From a virus: a stretch of DNA of 44,426 nt. This document shows, in pieces, positions 1 through 7,585 of the stretch; the first letter of the stretch is position 1, and each line of letters opens with the position of its first letter. The stretch lies in the IMG/VR virus record IMGVR_UViG_3300043313_000403, positions 1-44,426 of that record; one strand, 5' to 3'. A model generated the notes under the pieces. The model was given only the letters and a program-made list of their open reading frames with translations, ran no database searches and had not been told where the DNA came from. A program made the translations under genes and the position numbers.

Positions 1-69
1 TCCCGCTTTAATTTACTGCTCATTTCGCTCTCCTGTTTGAATCCCCTAGTTTACCACACCCCGCCCACC
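1..69. repeat. Terminal overlap copy A, identical to 44358-44426
   Basis: All 69 nt (tcccgctttaatttactgct...caccccgcccacc) recur exactly at the other end of the window. This implies a circular assembly or short terminal redundancy. Confidence 0.95.
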
Positions 70-76
70 CTGTCAA
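48..76 (-). promoter_or_regulatory. sigma70-type promoter for the 75-aa junction-spanning gene
   Basis: The reverse complement reads gggggTTGACA-gggtgggcggggtgtgg-TAAACT (17-nt spacer, GTGTGG extended -10). It is followed by an AGGAGAG RBS and the ATG at 21-23 (= 44378-44380). Confidence 0.6.
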
Positions 77-99
77 CCCCCTCCCATGTTCAATGTACG

Positions 100-137
100 A
101 AAAAGCCCGCTGCGCCATTCGGTACAGCGGGCTTTTC
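100..137 (-). terminator. Rho-independent, potentially bidirectional terminator after CDS 151-765
   Basis: Stem aaaagcccgctg (101-112) pairs with cagcgggctttt (125-136) around a 12-nt loop. An A-run lies on one side and a T-run on the other. It sits directly downstream of the stop at 151. Confidence 0.7.
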
Positions 138-150
138 TGTGTCTGGGCCG

Positions 151-765
151 TTATGCCTTGGTCTTGTACTTTTCGATGAATTCAGCCGGGGCCTCACTTT
201 CGCTACCCGTCGGCCATTTGAGAACGCCCGCGTTCGCCACCACCTTCTGCAGCGCAACACGCCCCGTCATGCGGAACCGACCTTCCCACCCTCTGGTTTG
301 GCTGGTCCAGCGCGAATGATCCACACCATTCGCATCCAGCACGTCCTTAAACGCTCCGATGTCGATGCTGTGCTTATCATTCAGGCAGAACGTGGCAAGC
401 TGCTGGCTCAGCCAGTCCCAATTCGATCTCTTGGCTGCCTTGCCCGGAATGCCGTTTGCCCGCGCGTTCTCAATGTACTTCACCTTAAACTTGTCCTTCA
501 CCACCGAAATGCTCTCCTTCGGCTCCTCTTCGGCGGGTTCTTCCTTCTCTTCGGCGTCCAACGGGGCGTTCATCTCTTGGTAGATTTCGCGTGCGATTTC
601 GTGATCCTCTTTGGTGATCTCATCTTCTCTGGGTTCGCGTTCCTCGCCGCTCTGGATCCCCATTTCGGTGGGCATGTCGTAACCCGAATGTTCGCGCGCC
701 AATTCGCGCTCCGAATCGATCGCTGCCCGTTCCGCCTCAGTCTGCTTGCGTGCTCTCTTCGCCAT
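151..765 (-). CDS. Paralog family member 1 (SVV-x3-[FY]-x3-Y ... GW-x-GR-x-RMTGR domain), function unknown
   Basis: ATG at 765 follows a GGAGAAG RBS. The longer track ORF to 846 would start inside the promoter. The C-terminal ~110 aa are about 60% identical by eye to CDS 42974-43459 and clearly related to 3667-4191 and 7653-8081. Confidence 0.7.
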   Translation of the reverse strand: MAKRARKQTEAERAAIDSERELAREHSGYDMPTEMGIQSGEEREPREDEITKEDHEIAREIYQEMNAPLDAEEKEEPAEEEPKESISVVKDKFKVKYIENARANGIPGKAAKRSNWDWLSQQLATFCLNDKHSIDIGAFKDVLDANGVDHSRWTSQTRGWEGRFRMTGRVALQKVVANAGVLKWPTGSESEAPAEFIEKYKTKA

Positions 766-817
766 GTGTCTTCTCCATTCGCTATGCGCGTTGCGCTCCG
801 GTCGACTGACCAACCGT

Positions 818-846
818 ACTGTAACACGACGACAGCGTGCTGTCAA
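818..846 (-). promoter_or_regulatory. sigma70-type promoter for CDS 151-765
   Basis: The reverse complement reads gggggaTTGACA-gcacgctgtcgtcgtgt-TACAGT. It is divergent from the promoter at 888-916. Confidence 0.6.
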
Positions 847-887
847 TCCCCCTTCCTATGTTCCGTTAGCGAATCAATGAAGTATAC

Positions 888-916
888 TTGACAGCAAACG
901 CGCGCCGTGGTACCAT
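888..916 (+). promoter_or_regulatory. sigma70-type promoter, first plus-strand early operon
   Basis: TTGACA-gcaaacgcgcgccgtgg-TACCAT, 17-nt spacer, GTGG extended -10. Confidence 0.6.
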
Positions 917-958
917 GCGCATGGCGCTGCTGAGTGCGCTGAACACGGAGCAAATAAG

Positions 959-1135
959 ATGGAATTTCAAAAGAAGTGCCCGTGCGGTTCGGGCGAATTC
1001 CCCGACGCGCAACACGATGGGTACGGCATCTTCCTGTGCTACACTTGCGACAAGTGTGAGGAAGAGAAGATGAAGCGATACCGCTCAGACATTCACGAGC
1101 GGTACGAGTGCGACGAACCAATCGAGGAGGACTAA
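959..1135 (+). CDS. 58-aa Cys-rich (zinc-binding-like) protein
   Basis: ATG at 959 lies 9 nt after GGAG. Sequence is MEFQKKCPCGSG...LCYTCDKCEEEK...YECDEPIEED, with CxC and CxxCxxC clusters. It is below the 60-aa cutoff of the ORF track. The competing frame 888-1073 is Arg-rich and looks like junk. Confidence 0.5.
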   Translation: MEFQKKCPCGSGEFPDAQHDGYGIFLCYTCDKCEEEKMKRYRSDIHERYECDEPIEED

Positions 1136-1290
1136 TGGTCCGTAGCGCAATACTGCTGTTCTACCCCCTCATCCTTTCAGGCTACCTTCTCGTGCAGGCA
1201 TTCCCGAGTGGGGACGCGCGCAAACTGATGATTACCGGCGCGGCGATGCTGTTCTGGATAGTCGTGGCGATCTGGAGAAACAAGCAATGA
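1135..1290 (+). CDS. 51-aa small membrane protein (two hydrophobic segments)
   Basis: ATG at 1135 overlaps the upstream TAA and follows a GAGGAGGA RBS. Sequence is MVRSAILLFYPLILSGYLLVQAF...AAMLFWIVVAIW. Confidence 0.45.
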   Translation: MVRSAILLFYPLILSGYLLVQAFPSGDARKLMITGAAMLFWIVVAIWRNKQ

Positions 1291-1448
1291 AGCAAAGATA
1301 CAAAACTCCCGTATGCGTTCAATGTGGCCGCGTGTTGAAGGGTCACGTTCCGATCCTAGTGGAAGTGATCTGCTACTTCTGCTCTAACCCACCCTTCGAT
1401 GACAACGGTGATGAGAACACCGCGCTGAAATACGAGGACAAACAATGA
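1287..1448 (+). CDS. 53-aa zinc-ribbon-like protein
   Basis: ATGA overlap with the upstream stop. It has a CxxC (CVQC) and a second CxxC (CYFC) pair. Below the track cutoff. Confidence 0.4.
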   Translation: MKQRYKTPVCVQCGRVLKGHVPILVEVICYFCSNPPFDDNGDENTALKYEDKQ

Positions 1449-1696
1449 AATTCAAGACACGGTGCTGGAACTGCGGCGCTGAACACGACATGGTGGAAGA
1501 TGTTGGGCAGGCCCCTGATAACGGTGACATTTCGTTCTGCTTCGACTGCGGCGCGTTTGCCATTTTTGATGACACGTTCCCCGATGCGATACGAAAGCCA
1601 ACCCCGTCGGAGAAATTCAAGATCAATCACGATGAAGAACTGGCCCGCGTGTTAATAGCGTGGCAAAACGTGATGAGAAGGAAACAAAAGCGTTGA
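1445..1696 (+). CDS. 83-aa zinc-ribbon-like protein
   Basis: ATGA overlap with the upstream gene. CWNC ... CFDC pairs spaced like a zinc ribbon. Confidence 0.55.
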   Translation: MKFKTRCWNCGAEHDMVEDVGQAPDNGDISFCFDCGAFAIFDDTFPDAIRKPTPSEKFKINHDEELARVLIAWQNVMRRKQKR

Positions 1697-1735
1697 GTTT
1701 GGTAGGCTACGTTCCGCTCCGTTCGTAGCTTATCG

Positions 1736-1800
1736 CCCCGGAGAGGACCAAAGGGTTGTGCACCATTTCGCTTAGCACACCTTCTCTCCGGGGTACCTTT
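1736..1800 (+). terminator. Structured hairpin / putative terminator ending the first early operon
   Basis: ccccggagag (1736-1745) pairs with ctctccgggg (1784-1793). The 38-nt interior has its own small stem. It is followed by tacctttattt and lies just upstream of the next promoter. Confidence 0.4.
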
Positions 1801-1815
1801 ATTTGGGAAAAGATA

Positions 1816-1844
1816 TTGACGGGGCGTCGATAGTATGCTTTAAT
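1816..1844 (+). promoter_or_regulatory. sigma70-type promoter
   Basis: TTGACG-gggcgtcgatagtatgc-TTTAAT, 17-nt spacer, TGC extended -10. Confidence 0.5.
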
Positions 1845-1877
1845 ACGTGCGCTGGATGGTCCAGCGAGGAGCAACAC

Positions 1878-2870
1878 ATGAACATGCGAGTGAACGACGT
1901 CACTTTTGACCCCGCGACCGACGCGGTGATCGAAAAGGTGCGAAAGCTGTTGGCGCTGGCCAAGAACAACGACAATGAGCACCAAGCGGAGGCAGCGGCG
2001 AATAAAGCACGCGAACTGCTCGAGGCTTATAACCTTGATTTGGCCCACGTGAACAAGGAGACCAACTCGTTCGCGCCGCGCGACAAGCAGAACCTGCGCG
2101 GCGGGCTTTATAGCTGGCAGCGCGACTTATGGCATCAGACGGCGCAGCTGAACTTTTGCAAGTACTGGTTCATCAAAGGCCTTAAGGCAGGCCAACAGTA
2201 CGAGCACGAACTGCTGGGTTCCAAGGTGAACGTCATTTCGACGACCATCATGGCGCAATACCTGCAGGACGCAGTCGAGCGTTTAGCCCGCGATTGGGTC
2301 AAGGAAAACCGCCCCGGCAATTCGATCTTCATCAAGGAGGCGATCGCCTACCGAGAAGGCGTGACGTCGCGGCTGGTGTCCAGAATGTGGACGCTGCGCG
2401 AACAGCGCCTCCGCGAGGAAGAAGCCAAAGTGAAGGCCACGCGGGAAACCAACGCGGCGCAGGGCATTTACACCGAGAACGCGCTGGTCCTTTCGGACGT
2501 GATCTCCACTGAGGAAGACCTCAATAACGATCACCTTTGGGGCTGGGCGATGGGCACTTCCGCCCAGAAGCGCAAGGAGCGGGAGGCACGCCAAGCCGCA
2601 GCCGATAAGGCAGCCGCCGAAGCGCTGGCCGAACAGAACGAATACGACGCGGCCCACCCCGAGGAAGCCGCCGCCCGCAAGGCCAAAGAAAAGGCCGACC
2701 AAGACGCGGCGTGGGAACGCTACAAGGCCAAGGCAGGCAAGCAGCGCACCAAGAAAGCCACCCCCGAGGAGGAACGCCGCAAGCTGGGTTCTTATTACCA
2801 AGGCTACGAAGATGGGGATGACATTTCGCTGGAGCGCCAAATCGACGCTGATAAAAGGAGACTGACCTGA
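1878..2870 (+). CDS. DUF2786-like protein with Lys/Glu/Ala-rich C-terminus
   Basis: ATG at 1878 follows a GAGGAG RBS; the track start at 1803 is a TTG inside the promoter. The N-terminus VIEKVRKLLALAKNNDNEHQAEAAANKARELLEAYNL matches my recollection of the DUF2786 helix pair. Confidence 0.7.
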   Translation: MNMRVNDVTFDPATDAVIEKVRKLLALAKNNDNEHQAEAAANKARELLEAYNLDLAHVNKETNSFAPRDKQNLRGGLYSWQRDLWHQTAQLNFCKYWFIKGLKAGQQYEHELLGSKVNVISTTIMAQYLQDAVERLARDWVKENRPGNSIFIKEAIAYREGVTSRLVSRMWTLREQRLREEEAKVKATRETNAAQGIYTENALVLSDVISTEEDLNNDHLWGWAMGTSAQKRKEREARQAAADKAAAEALAEQNEYDAAHPEEAAARKAKEKADQDAAWERYKAKAGKQRTKKATPEEERRKLGSYYQGYEDGDDISLERQIDADKRRLT

Positions 2871-3031
2871 ACAAACTCCTAGAAGTCTACGTAGTCACCA
2901 AGAACGACTACCCCGTCGCCGCCTTTCGTTCACAAGCAAAGGCGGCGACATTCAAGCTGGGGTGCCCAAAGAAAGATGACTCTGGGCACTTCATCTATTG
3001 GACTATCCACAAGCTGAAATTGGAGGACTAA
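2867..3031 (+). CDS. Possible 54-aa ORF with no canonical start (only a CTG after the AAAGGAG RBS)
   Basis: The open frame ...NKLLEVYVVTKNDYPVAAFRSQAKAATFKLGCPKKDDSGHFIYWTIHKLKLED fills the gap between two genes and looks protein-like. The only in-frame start candidate is CTG at 2867. Confidence 0.25.
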   Translation: MNKLLEVYVVTKNDYPVAAFRSQAKAATFKLGCPKKDDSGHFIYWTIHKLKLED

Positions 3032-3619
3032 ATGGACGAACTAACACAAGCGATGCGGGCGCTAGAAGCTGCCGTCGAGGCGAGCAAGGCTGCGAACAGC
3101 AAGTTCGAGGCCAAACTGACTTTCGCTAGGCGGTGCGAAATTCTTGCATTACACCGCATGGGTTGCACGCGCGAGGCATTGGCCGAACTGTACGGGGTGG
3201 ATAGGAGAACAATCACCCATATTCACAACCCAAAATCACCACGGTACAAGAACGTGCGCGAGGAAGAGTTACGCCTAGGTAAGGAGAATTTTCTAAAGGA
3301 GTACTTGGACACAGACATGTTGAATGCCGCCGCGTCCAAGGTAACTTCCAAAATAGGGGTCAAGGAGGAAAACAACAAGAAATCCAACCGAATGGCCGGT
3401 GTCCACACCATGCGCAATGAGTTCTGCGACTATGATCACCGCGTCATAATCAAATGGTTGGACGCGGACCCCAACCTGAATGCTGCTGTTTCGGGTTGGT
3501 ACTACCAAGATTTGGACAGCGAATGGCCAACTGACTGGTTCCACGGCGATGCTGAATCCCTCAGAACCAGCCAAAACTGTTTCAACCACGCCAAGATGGA
3601 CATCAGTGATAAGCTATAG
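3032..3619 (+). CDS. Putative HTH DNA-binding / transcription regulator
   Basis: GGAGGA RBS. The segment RRCEILALHRMGCTREALAELYGVDRRTITHI looks like a helix-turn-helix. Confidence 0.6.
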   Translation: MDELTQAMRALEAAVEASKAANSKFEAKLTFARRCEILALHRMGCTREALAELYGVDRRTITHIHNPKSPRYKNVREEELRLGKENFLKEYLDTDMLNAAASKVTSKIGVKEENNKKSNRMAGVHTMRNEFCDYDHRVIIKWLDADPNLNAAVSGWYYQDLDSEWPTDWFHGDAESLRTSQNCFNHAKMDISDKL

Positions 3620-3648
3620 TTGACAGGCCGGGGGTGATGTGCTAAAAT
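3620..3648 (+). promoter_or_regulatory. sigma70-type promoter for paralog member 2
   Basis: TTGACA-ggccgggggtgatgtgc-TAAAAT, starting immediately after the upstream stop codon. A GGGAGA RBS and the ATG at 3667 follow. Confidence 0.65.
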
Positions 3649-3666
3649 ACCACAGGGAGATCAACC

Positions 3667-4191
3667 ATGGATAGAATCAACGGAATACCAACAGACGGTA
3701 CAATCGCGTACAAAGAGGGCTGGTTCGCAGGGGACTGCCCTTATTTGGATCAAGACCCTGAATTCGGCAGGTGGAACGACGAATGGGACGCCGCCGCCGA
3801 TTACAACGAAGAACACCCAAAGCCCAGAGTAGGGTCGGTGGTGACGAATCGATATCGTGCCCTGTATTCGGAGTCGGGGCACGCAACCCACTGCGGGGAT
3901 GCACTTGCCCTCCTCCTCAATTCGGTGTGCGTCAACAAGGCGGGCACGAACCTCGAGATATTCGAGGCGATCTGCGCGGCGAACGGAGTCGACCTGTCCA
4001 AATACAACCGCACGAATAAGGGTTGGCAGGGTCGGCTACGAATGACGGGACGGAACTTACTCGCCAAGCGCGTCTTGGCTAACAACGGCAAGTTGATTAT
4101 GCCGGAAGGGATGGGTGACGACTACCAATTAGACTACGACTGGATTACCACCACCGCAAACAAATACAAACCGAAAACGGAGCATGCATGA
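3667..4191 (+). CDS. Paralog family member 2, function unknown
   Basis: Shares SVVTNRYRALY ... ANGVD ... GWQGRLRMTGRNLLAKRV with the other three members. Confidence 0.7.
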   Translation: MDRINGIPTDGTIAYKEGWFAGDCPYLDQDPEFGRWNDEWDAAADYNEEHPKPRVGSVVTNRYRALYSESGHATHCGDALALLLNSVCVNKAGTNLEIFEAICAANGVDLSKYNRTNKGWQGRLRMTGRNLLAKRVLANNGKLIMPEGMGDDYQLDYDWITTTANKYKPKTEHA

Positions 4192-4532
4192 CAGACGAAG
4201 ATGTAACTCAATACGTAGATTCCCTCATGGTTATCATGAAGGATCAGGGTGCCGAACAAGTGTCTGTAGATTCGCTGGACGCCATATTTCGGCCATACAT
4301 GCATTGGATCAACGATGCGCAATCCAGTAAGGTCCACCCCGACTTGGCCCGTAACACGCTGGTGAATTTGATCAGCTTGATGATCATGGAAATGGCCAGC
4401 CGAATGTCGGGCAGAGAAGATGACGGCAGCAAAGCACCCATCGAAGTGTGGCTCGGTGAGTTCATGGTTTCAATGCGCGACGAGTTGATCCACGACTTGG
4501 AACTAAACCGTGAGAATATCCGATCCCACTAG
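4188..4532 (+). CDS. Hypothetical protein (114 aa)
   Basis: ATGA overlap with the upstream gene. Protein-like composition, no recognisable motif. Confidence 0.6.
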   Translation: MTDEDVTQYVDSLMVIMKDQGAEQVSVDSLDAIFRPYMHWINDAQSSKVHPDLARNTLVNLISLMIMEMASRMSGREDDGSKAPIEVWLGEFMVSMRDELIHDLELNRENIRSH

Positions 4533-4553
4533 GCCCTACGCGGGCGCGGGGTG

Positions 4554-4668
4554 CCTGCCCACGCTGGGGCAGGTACGCCTGACCCCGGCGTACGGTACCG
4601 GTGCGGCCAGCGCCGCAGCCGGTCCTTAACGACCTGCCAGCTACACCCACACGGCGTACCGTACGCCG
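4554..4668 (+). promoter_or_regulatory. GC-rich structured intergenic element (function unknown)
   Basis: Hairpin cctgccc (4554-4560) / gggcagg (4567-4573). There is also a perfect 13-nt long-range inverted repeat, cggcgtacggtac (4586-4598) / gtaccgtacgccg (4656-4668). No ORF and no promoter motif. Confidence 0.4.
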
Positions 4669-4685
4669 CCACACAGGAGAGAACC

Positions 4686-4892
4686 ATGGTAAGAAGAAAA
4701 TCAATATCAAGCGTCAGTGGTATAAACACAAACAAAGAAGATAGAGATGCTATTATAACTTTGTTGCTAAAGAGACACTGTTCATTTGAAGAAGCAGCCG
4801 ACTATCTGTTGAGCGCGATACTCGAACAAACTAAGGACGACATACTGGGCGAGTTAGCCCAGTGGGAGGCAAGTAAAAAGAGAACACCCTGA
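4686..4892 (+). CDS. Hypothetical protein (68 aa), markedly AT-rich gene
   Basis: ATG at 4686 follows a CAGGAGAG RBS. The upstream part of track ORF 4551-4892 lies in the structured GC-rich spacer. Confidence 0.5.
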   Translation: MVRRKSISSVSGINTNKEDRDAIITLLLKRHCSFEEAADYLLSAILEQTKDDILGELAQWEASKKRTP

Positions 4893-4907
4893 ACGTTTGT
4901 TAAAACA

Positions 4908-4936
4908 TTGACGGGCGCTGCGGCCTGTGGTATACT
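4908..4936 (+). promoter_or_regulatory. sigma70-type promoter for the primase-helicase gene
   Basis: TTGACG-ggcgctgcggcctgtgg-TATACT. It is followed by a structured leader (gccgcgac ... gtcgcggc). Confidence 0.6.
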
Positions 4937-5011
4937 CCTCGCTGCACTAAATCCCCCTGTGCACAAGCCGCGACTAGGGTAAAGGCTGGCCAGCCTCCTT
5001 GTCGCGGCTCC

Positions 5012-7570
5012 TTGGGGGACAATGGGGATAGCATGGAACAAATCAAGGGCGGCTTCGCGTTCAACAACGCGGACGAACTGCTCATCAATCAACAACGATC
5101 TATTACTGCCCAGATAAACAATAACTTCATCCAAGTCGGCGCGACCTTCTTGCAGATGTCAGGCAAGAATCCGTTCGCAACCGACTGGTATAAGCGAAAA
5201 TTCAGAGACACGAACCTGCAGGATTGGATAGACAATTCCAATATGCGCGTGCTGAATTTGGGCTTCAACCTCCAATTCGGTTGGTTGGACGTCGACATCG
5301 ATGCTGAAGACCCCGCCTACAATCGGTGCATGGTTAGCGCGTTCAAGTTCCTAGGCATCGACACTAGGTTCGCATTTGGGCGTTTGTCGCGCGGTGTTCC
5401 GAGCCACATGATGGTCCAACTCAACGAGACAGACCTGAACAACTATGACCAAATGAAGGAGTTTGAACCCAATGAATTCAAGCTGGGTGGGAAGCGGTAC
5501 AAGTGCGAATTACGCTCGATGGGGCCTTTGGCATCCGACTCACCTAACACCATCAAAGAATCACGACAGACCGTTATGCCCGGTTCCATCTACATCCATA
5601 AGTCCAAGCAGGGCGAACACGACGTGTCGGTTTGGTATACCGCGGAAGGCAAAGTTGCCCTCACGGTGGGCGAAATCGCAGCGACCACCTCCCGCAAAAC
5701 TAGCTTCGAATCCCTTATCACGGGCATTGCTTTTGGAACGTTTTTATACATTATCCAACCGCACTGGATCGAAGGTGGGCGACAACAACTGGCTACTAAG
5801 GTCGCTGGCTGGCTTGCGCGCCTCGTCCGAGAATCTCAAGGAATAAACAACAACGAGGGGATAAGCAACGGGACGTTCTGCCCGATTGGGTCGCCAGAAA
5901 CAGCCGAATCCATGCTAGATTTCGTGTGCGGCGAGCTAGGCGACAAAGAACCTTTCATGAGAAAGCGAGTGTTCCGTGACGCCATCAAGAAGCTCGAGAA
6001 TAATCCAGATGCTAAGATCCCCGGATGGCCAGCTTTGGAAGGAGACATTGGAACCGAATCCATCATGGCCCTGCGAACAGTGTTTATGCCAGGGGTTGAC
6101 GTGTCTCCACTTACCCAAATGGCGGATCGTTACATATACGACGAAACCGACGACCATTACATCGACAGGGAGCGATTCTACACAACCTCCGGGTTCGTCC
6201 ACGACGGGGCCGCTTTAGATCGACGACACCGAAATGACCTGATGGAAGTTGCGGGCAAGATGAAGCCTGTGTTCAGGCTGTTTGAGACTAGCCCACTTCG
6301 ACGCCGCGTCGGCGGCAGGGACTTATTCCCCGATTTCAGCCCCGGCTCTATATTTCGCTTAAGTCGATCTGGTGACGTCATTTCGGACGACGAGGATAAC
6401 GCCCCCGGCACGCTAACTATGTTCAACACGTGGCGCGGCTGGCCAATTCTCCCGGCCAAGAACATTGATCCAGTTCTTATAGCGAAATGCCACTCGATGA
6501 TGGAGCGGCTATTCGGCTACCTGTCCCAAGACAACACGACCCAAATAGAGTGGTTGAAGCAATGGATAGCATGGACTGTACAACATCCGGGGCAAAAGCA
6601 GCAGGTTTCTCCAGTATTTGTGGGTGGGCAGGGTGTCGGCAAGTCCTTTTTTGGAAATATTTTCCTAGAGCAACTGTTTCAGAACCAGTGGGGTTCCGCG
6701 TCACCAAAGATATTGGAAGGCACGTTCTCTGTCGAGCCTTTCATCAACAAGATGATTGTGTTTATCGACGAGGCCAAATTCCACAGCGAAGCGGCGACAG
6801 ACGAAATCAAGAAGTTGATCCGGTCGGACAGGATGGGTGGTGCGGAGAAGTTCCAGTCTGCGCGGACTTATCGTATTTTTGCACGGGTTGTGTTTGCCAG
6901 TAACCGATGGGACATGAACATAGGCCAAGCGAACACGCAGGATCGTGCATTATTCTACATGAAGACCTACGACAAAGACTACAAGAAGATGACGGAAAAT
7001 GAATTTAGATCATGGACAGTTACTCTCAAGCCATTCTTTGATGAGTTCAACAGCTTTATCCGTCGTATGGATGTCAAGGAGCACTTCATGCACATCTTCG
7101 ACACTATGGAAGTTAGTCGCCACAATATCGAGAACGTCACCCACTCAAGCGGAGCAGATAGCCAGATCGTTGAATCCAATATGGCCTATCCTCGCAGGGT
7201 TGCAAAACACATCGTGGAGGAAGGACGCATTTGGGAAGATCTCGATATAAGCGCACCGTTCACCATGGTGGAATTCAATAAGCGGGTGGCTGATATCTGC
7301 GATTCGGCCCGCATTCGCTATGTCCAGCCCCGCCACGTATTCGATGAGTTCGTCAGCGCTGGCGTCATCGAAAAGTGGGCTAAGGACGGGGCCAAATTCT
7401 ACAGGTTCAAGTACAAGATTGGCACCCTAACCGAAATGATGAGCCTAGCAATAGGCGTACCGCTGGAATCCAGGTTCTCCTTTGATGAGAGTGATTTTGG
7501 CATCAACGAATCCGAATTACTAGGAGCAAAGCAATGGCGCGGCAGCATAAACAGCCGTTTCCGTATGTGA
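5012..7570 (+). CDS. Bifunctional AEP primase-polymerase / SF3 (D5-like) helicase
   Basis: The N-terminal region has a DxD motif (WLDVDIDAED) typical of the archaeo-eukaryotic primase fold. The C-terminal region has Walker A (VGGQGVGKSFF) and Walker B (MIVFIDEA). The start could instead be the ATG at 5033. Confidence 0.88.
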   Translation: MGDNGDSMEQIKGGFAFNNADELLINQQRSITAQINNNFIQVGATFLQMSGKNPFATDWYKRKFRDTNLQDWIDNSNMRVLNLGFNLQFGWLDVDIDAEDPAYNRCMVSAFKFLGIDTRFAFGRLSRGVPSHMMVQLNETDLNNYDQMKEFEPNEFKLGGKRYKCELRSMGPLASDSPNTIKESRQTVMPGSIYIHKSKQGEHDVSVWYTAEGKVALTVGEIAATTSRKTSFESLITGIAFGTFLYIIQPHWIEGGRQQLATKVAGWLARLVRESQGINNNEGISNGTFCPIGSPETAESMLDFVCGELGDKEPFMRKRVFRDAIKKLENNPDAKIPGWPALEGDIGTESIMALRTVFMPGVDVSPLTQMADRYIYDETDDHYIDRERFYTTSGFVHDGAALDRRHRNDLMEVAGKMKPVFRLFETSPLRRRVGGRDLFPDFSPGSIFRLSRSGDVISDDEDNAPGTLTMFNTWRGWPILPAKNIDPVLIAKCHSMMERLFGYLSQDNTTQIEWLKQWIAWTVQHPGQKQQVSPVFVGGQGVGKSFFGNIFLEQLFQNQWGSASPKILEGTFSVEPFINKMIVFIDEAKFHSEAATDEIKKLIRSDRMGGAEKFQSARTYRIFARVVFASNRWDMNIGQANTQDRALFYMKTYDKDYKKMTENEFRSWTVTLKPFFDEFNSFIRRMDVKEHFMHIFDTMEVSRHNIENVTHSSGADSQIVESNMAYPRRVAKHIVEEGRIWEDLDISAPFTMVEFNKRVADICDSARIRYVQPRHVFDEFVSAGVIEKWAKDGAKFYRFKYKIGTLTEMMSLAIGVPLESRFSFDESDFGINESELLGAKQWRGSINSRFRM

Positions 7571-7585
7571 TATATTCAAGCTAGG

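Noticed and set aside
37-891. 284-aa plus-strand ORF at the window start
   Set aside because: It is antisense to paralog member 1 (151-765). It crosses a strong bidirectional terminator and two promoters and has no RBS.
1697-1800. Possible tRNA or small RNA in the hairpin-rich spacer before the promoter at 1816
   Set aside because: No cloverleaf can be drawn: there is no T-arm GTTCRA-type loop and no acceptor-stem pairing. It is better explained as a terminator or structured 3' end.
2283-2840. 185-aa minus-strand ORF, and other 60-190-aa antisense ORFs (for example 19353-19925, 25089-25595, 33530-34054, 34333-34887, 36430-36999, 39750-40322)
   Set aside because: All sit opposite well-supported genes in uninterrupted, translationally coupled operons. 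All have Arg/Gly/Leu-biased composition typical of GC-rich shadow frames.
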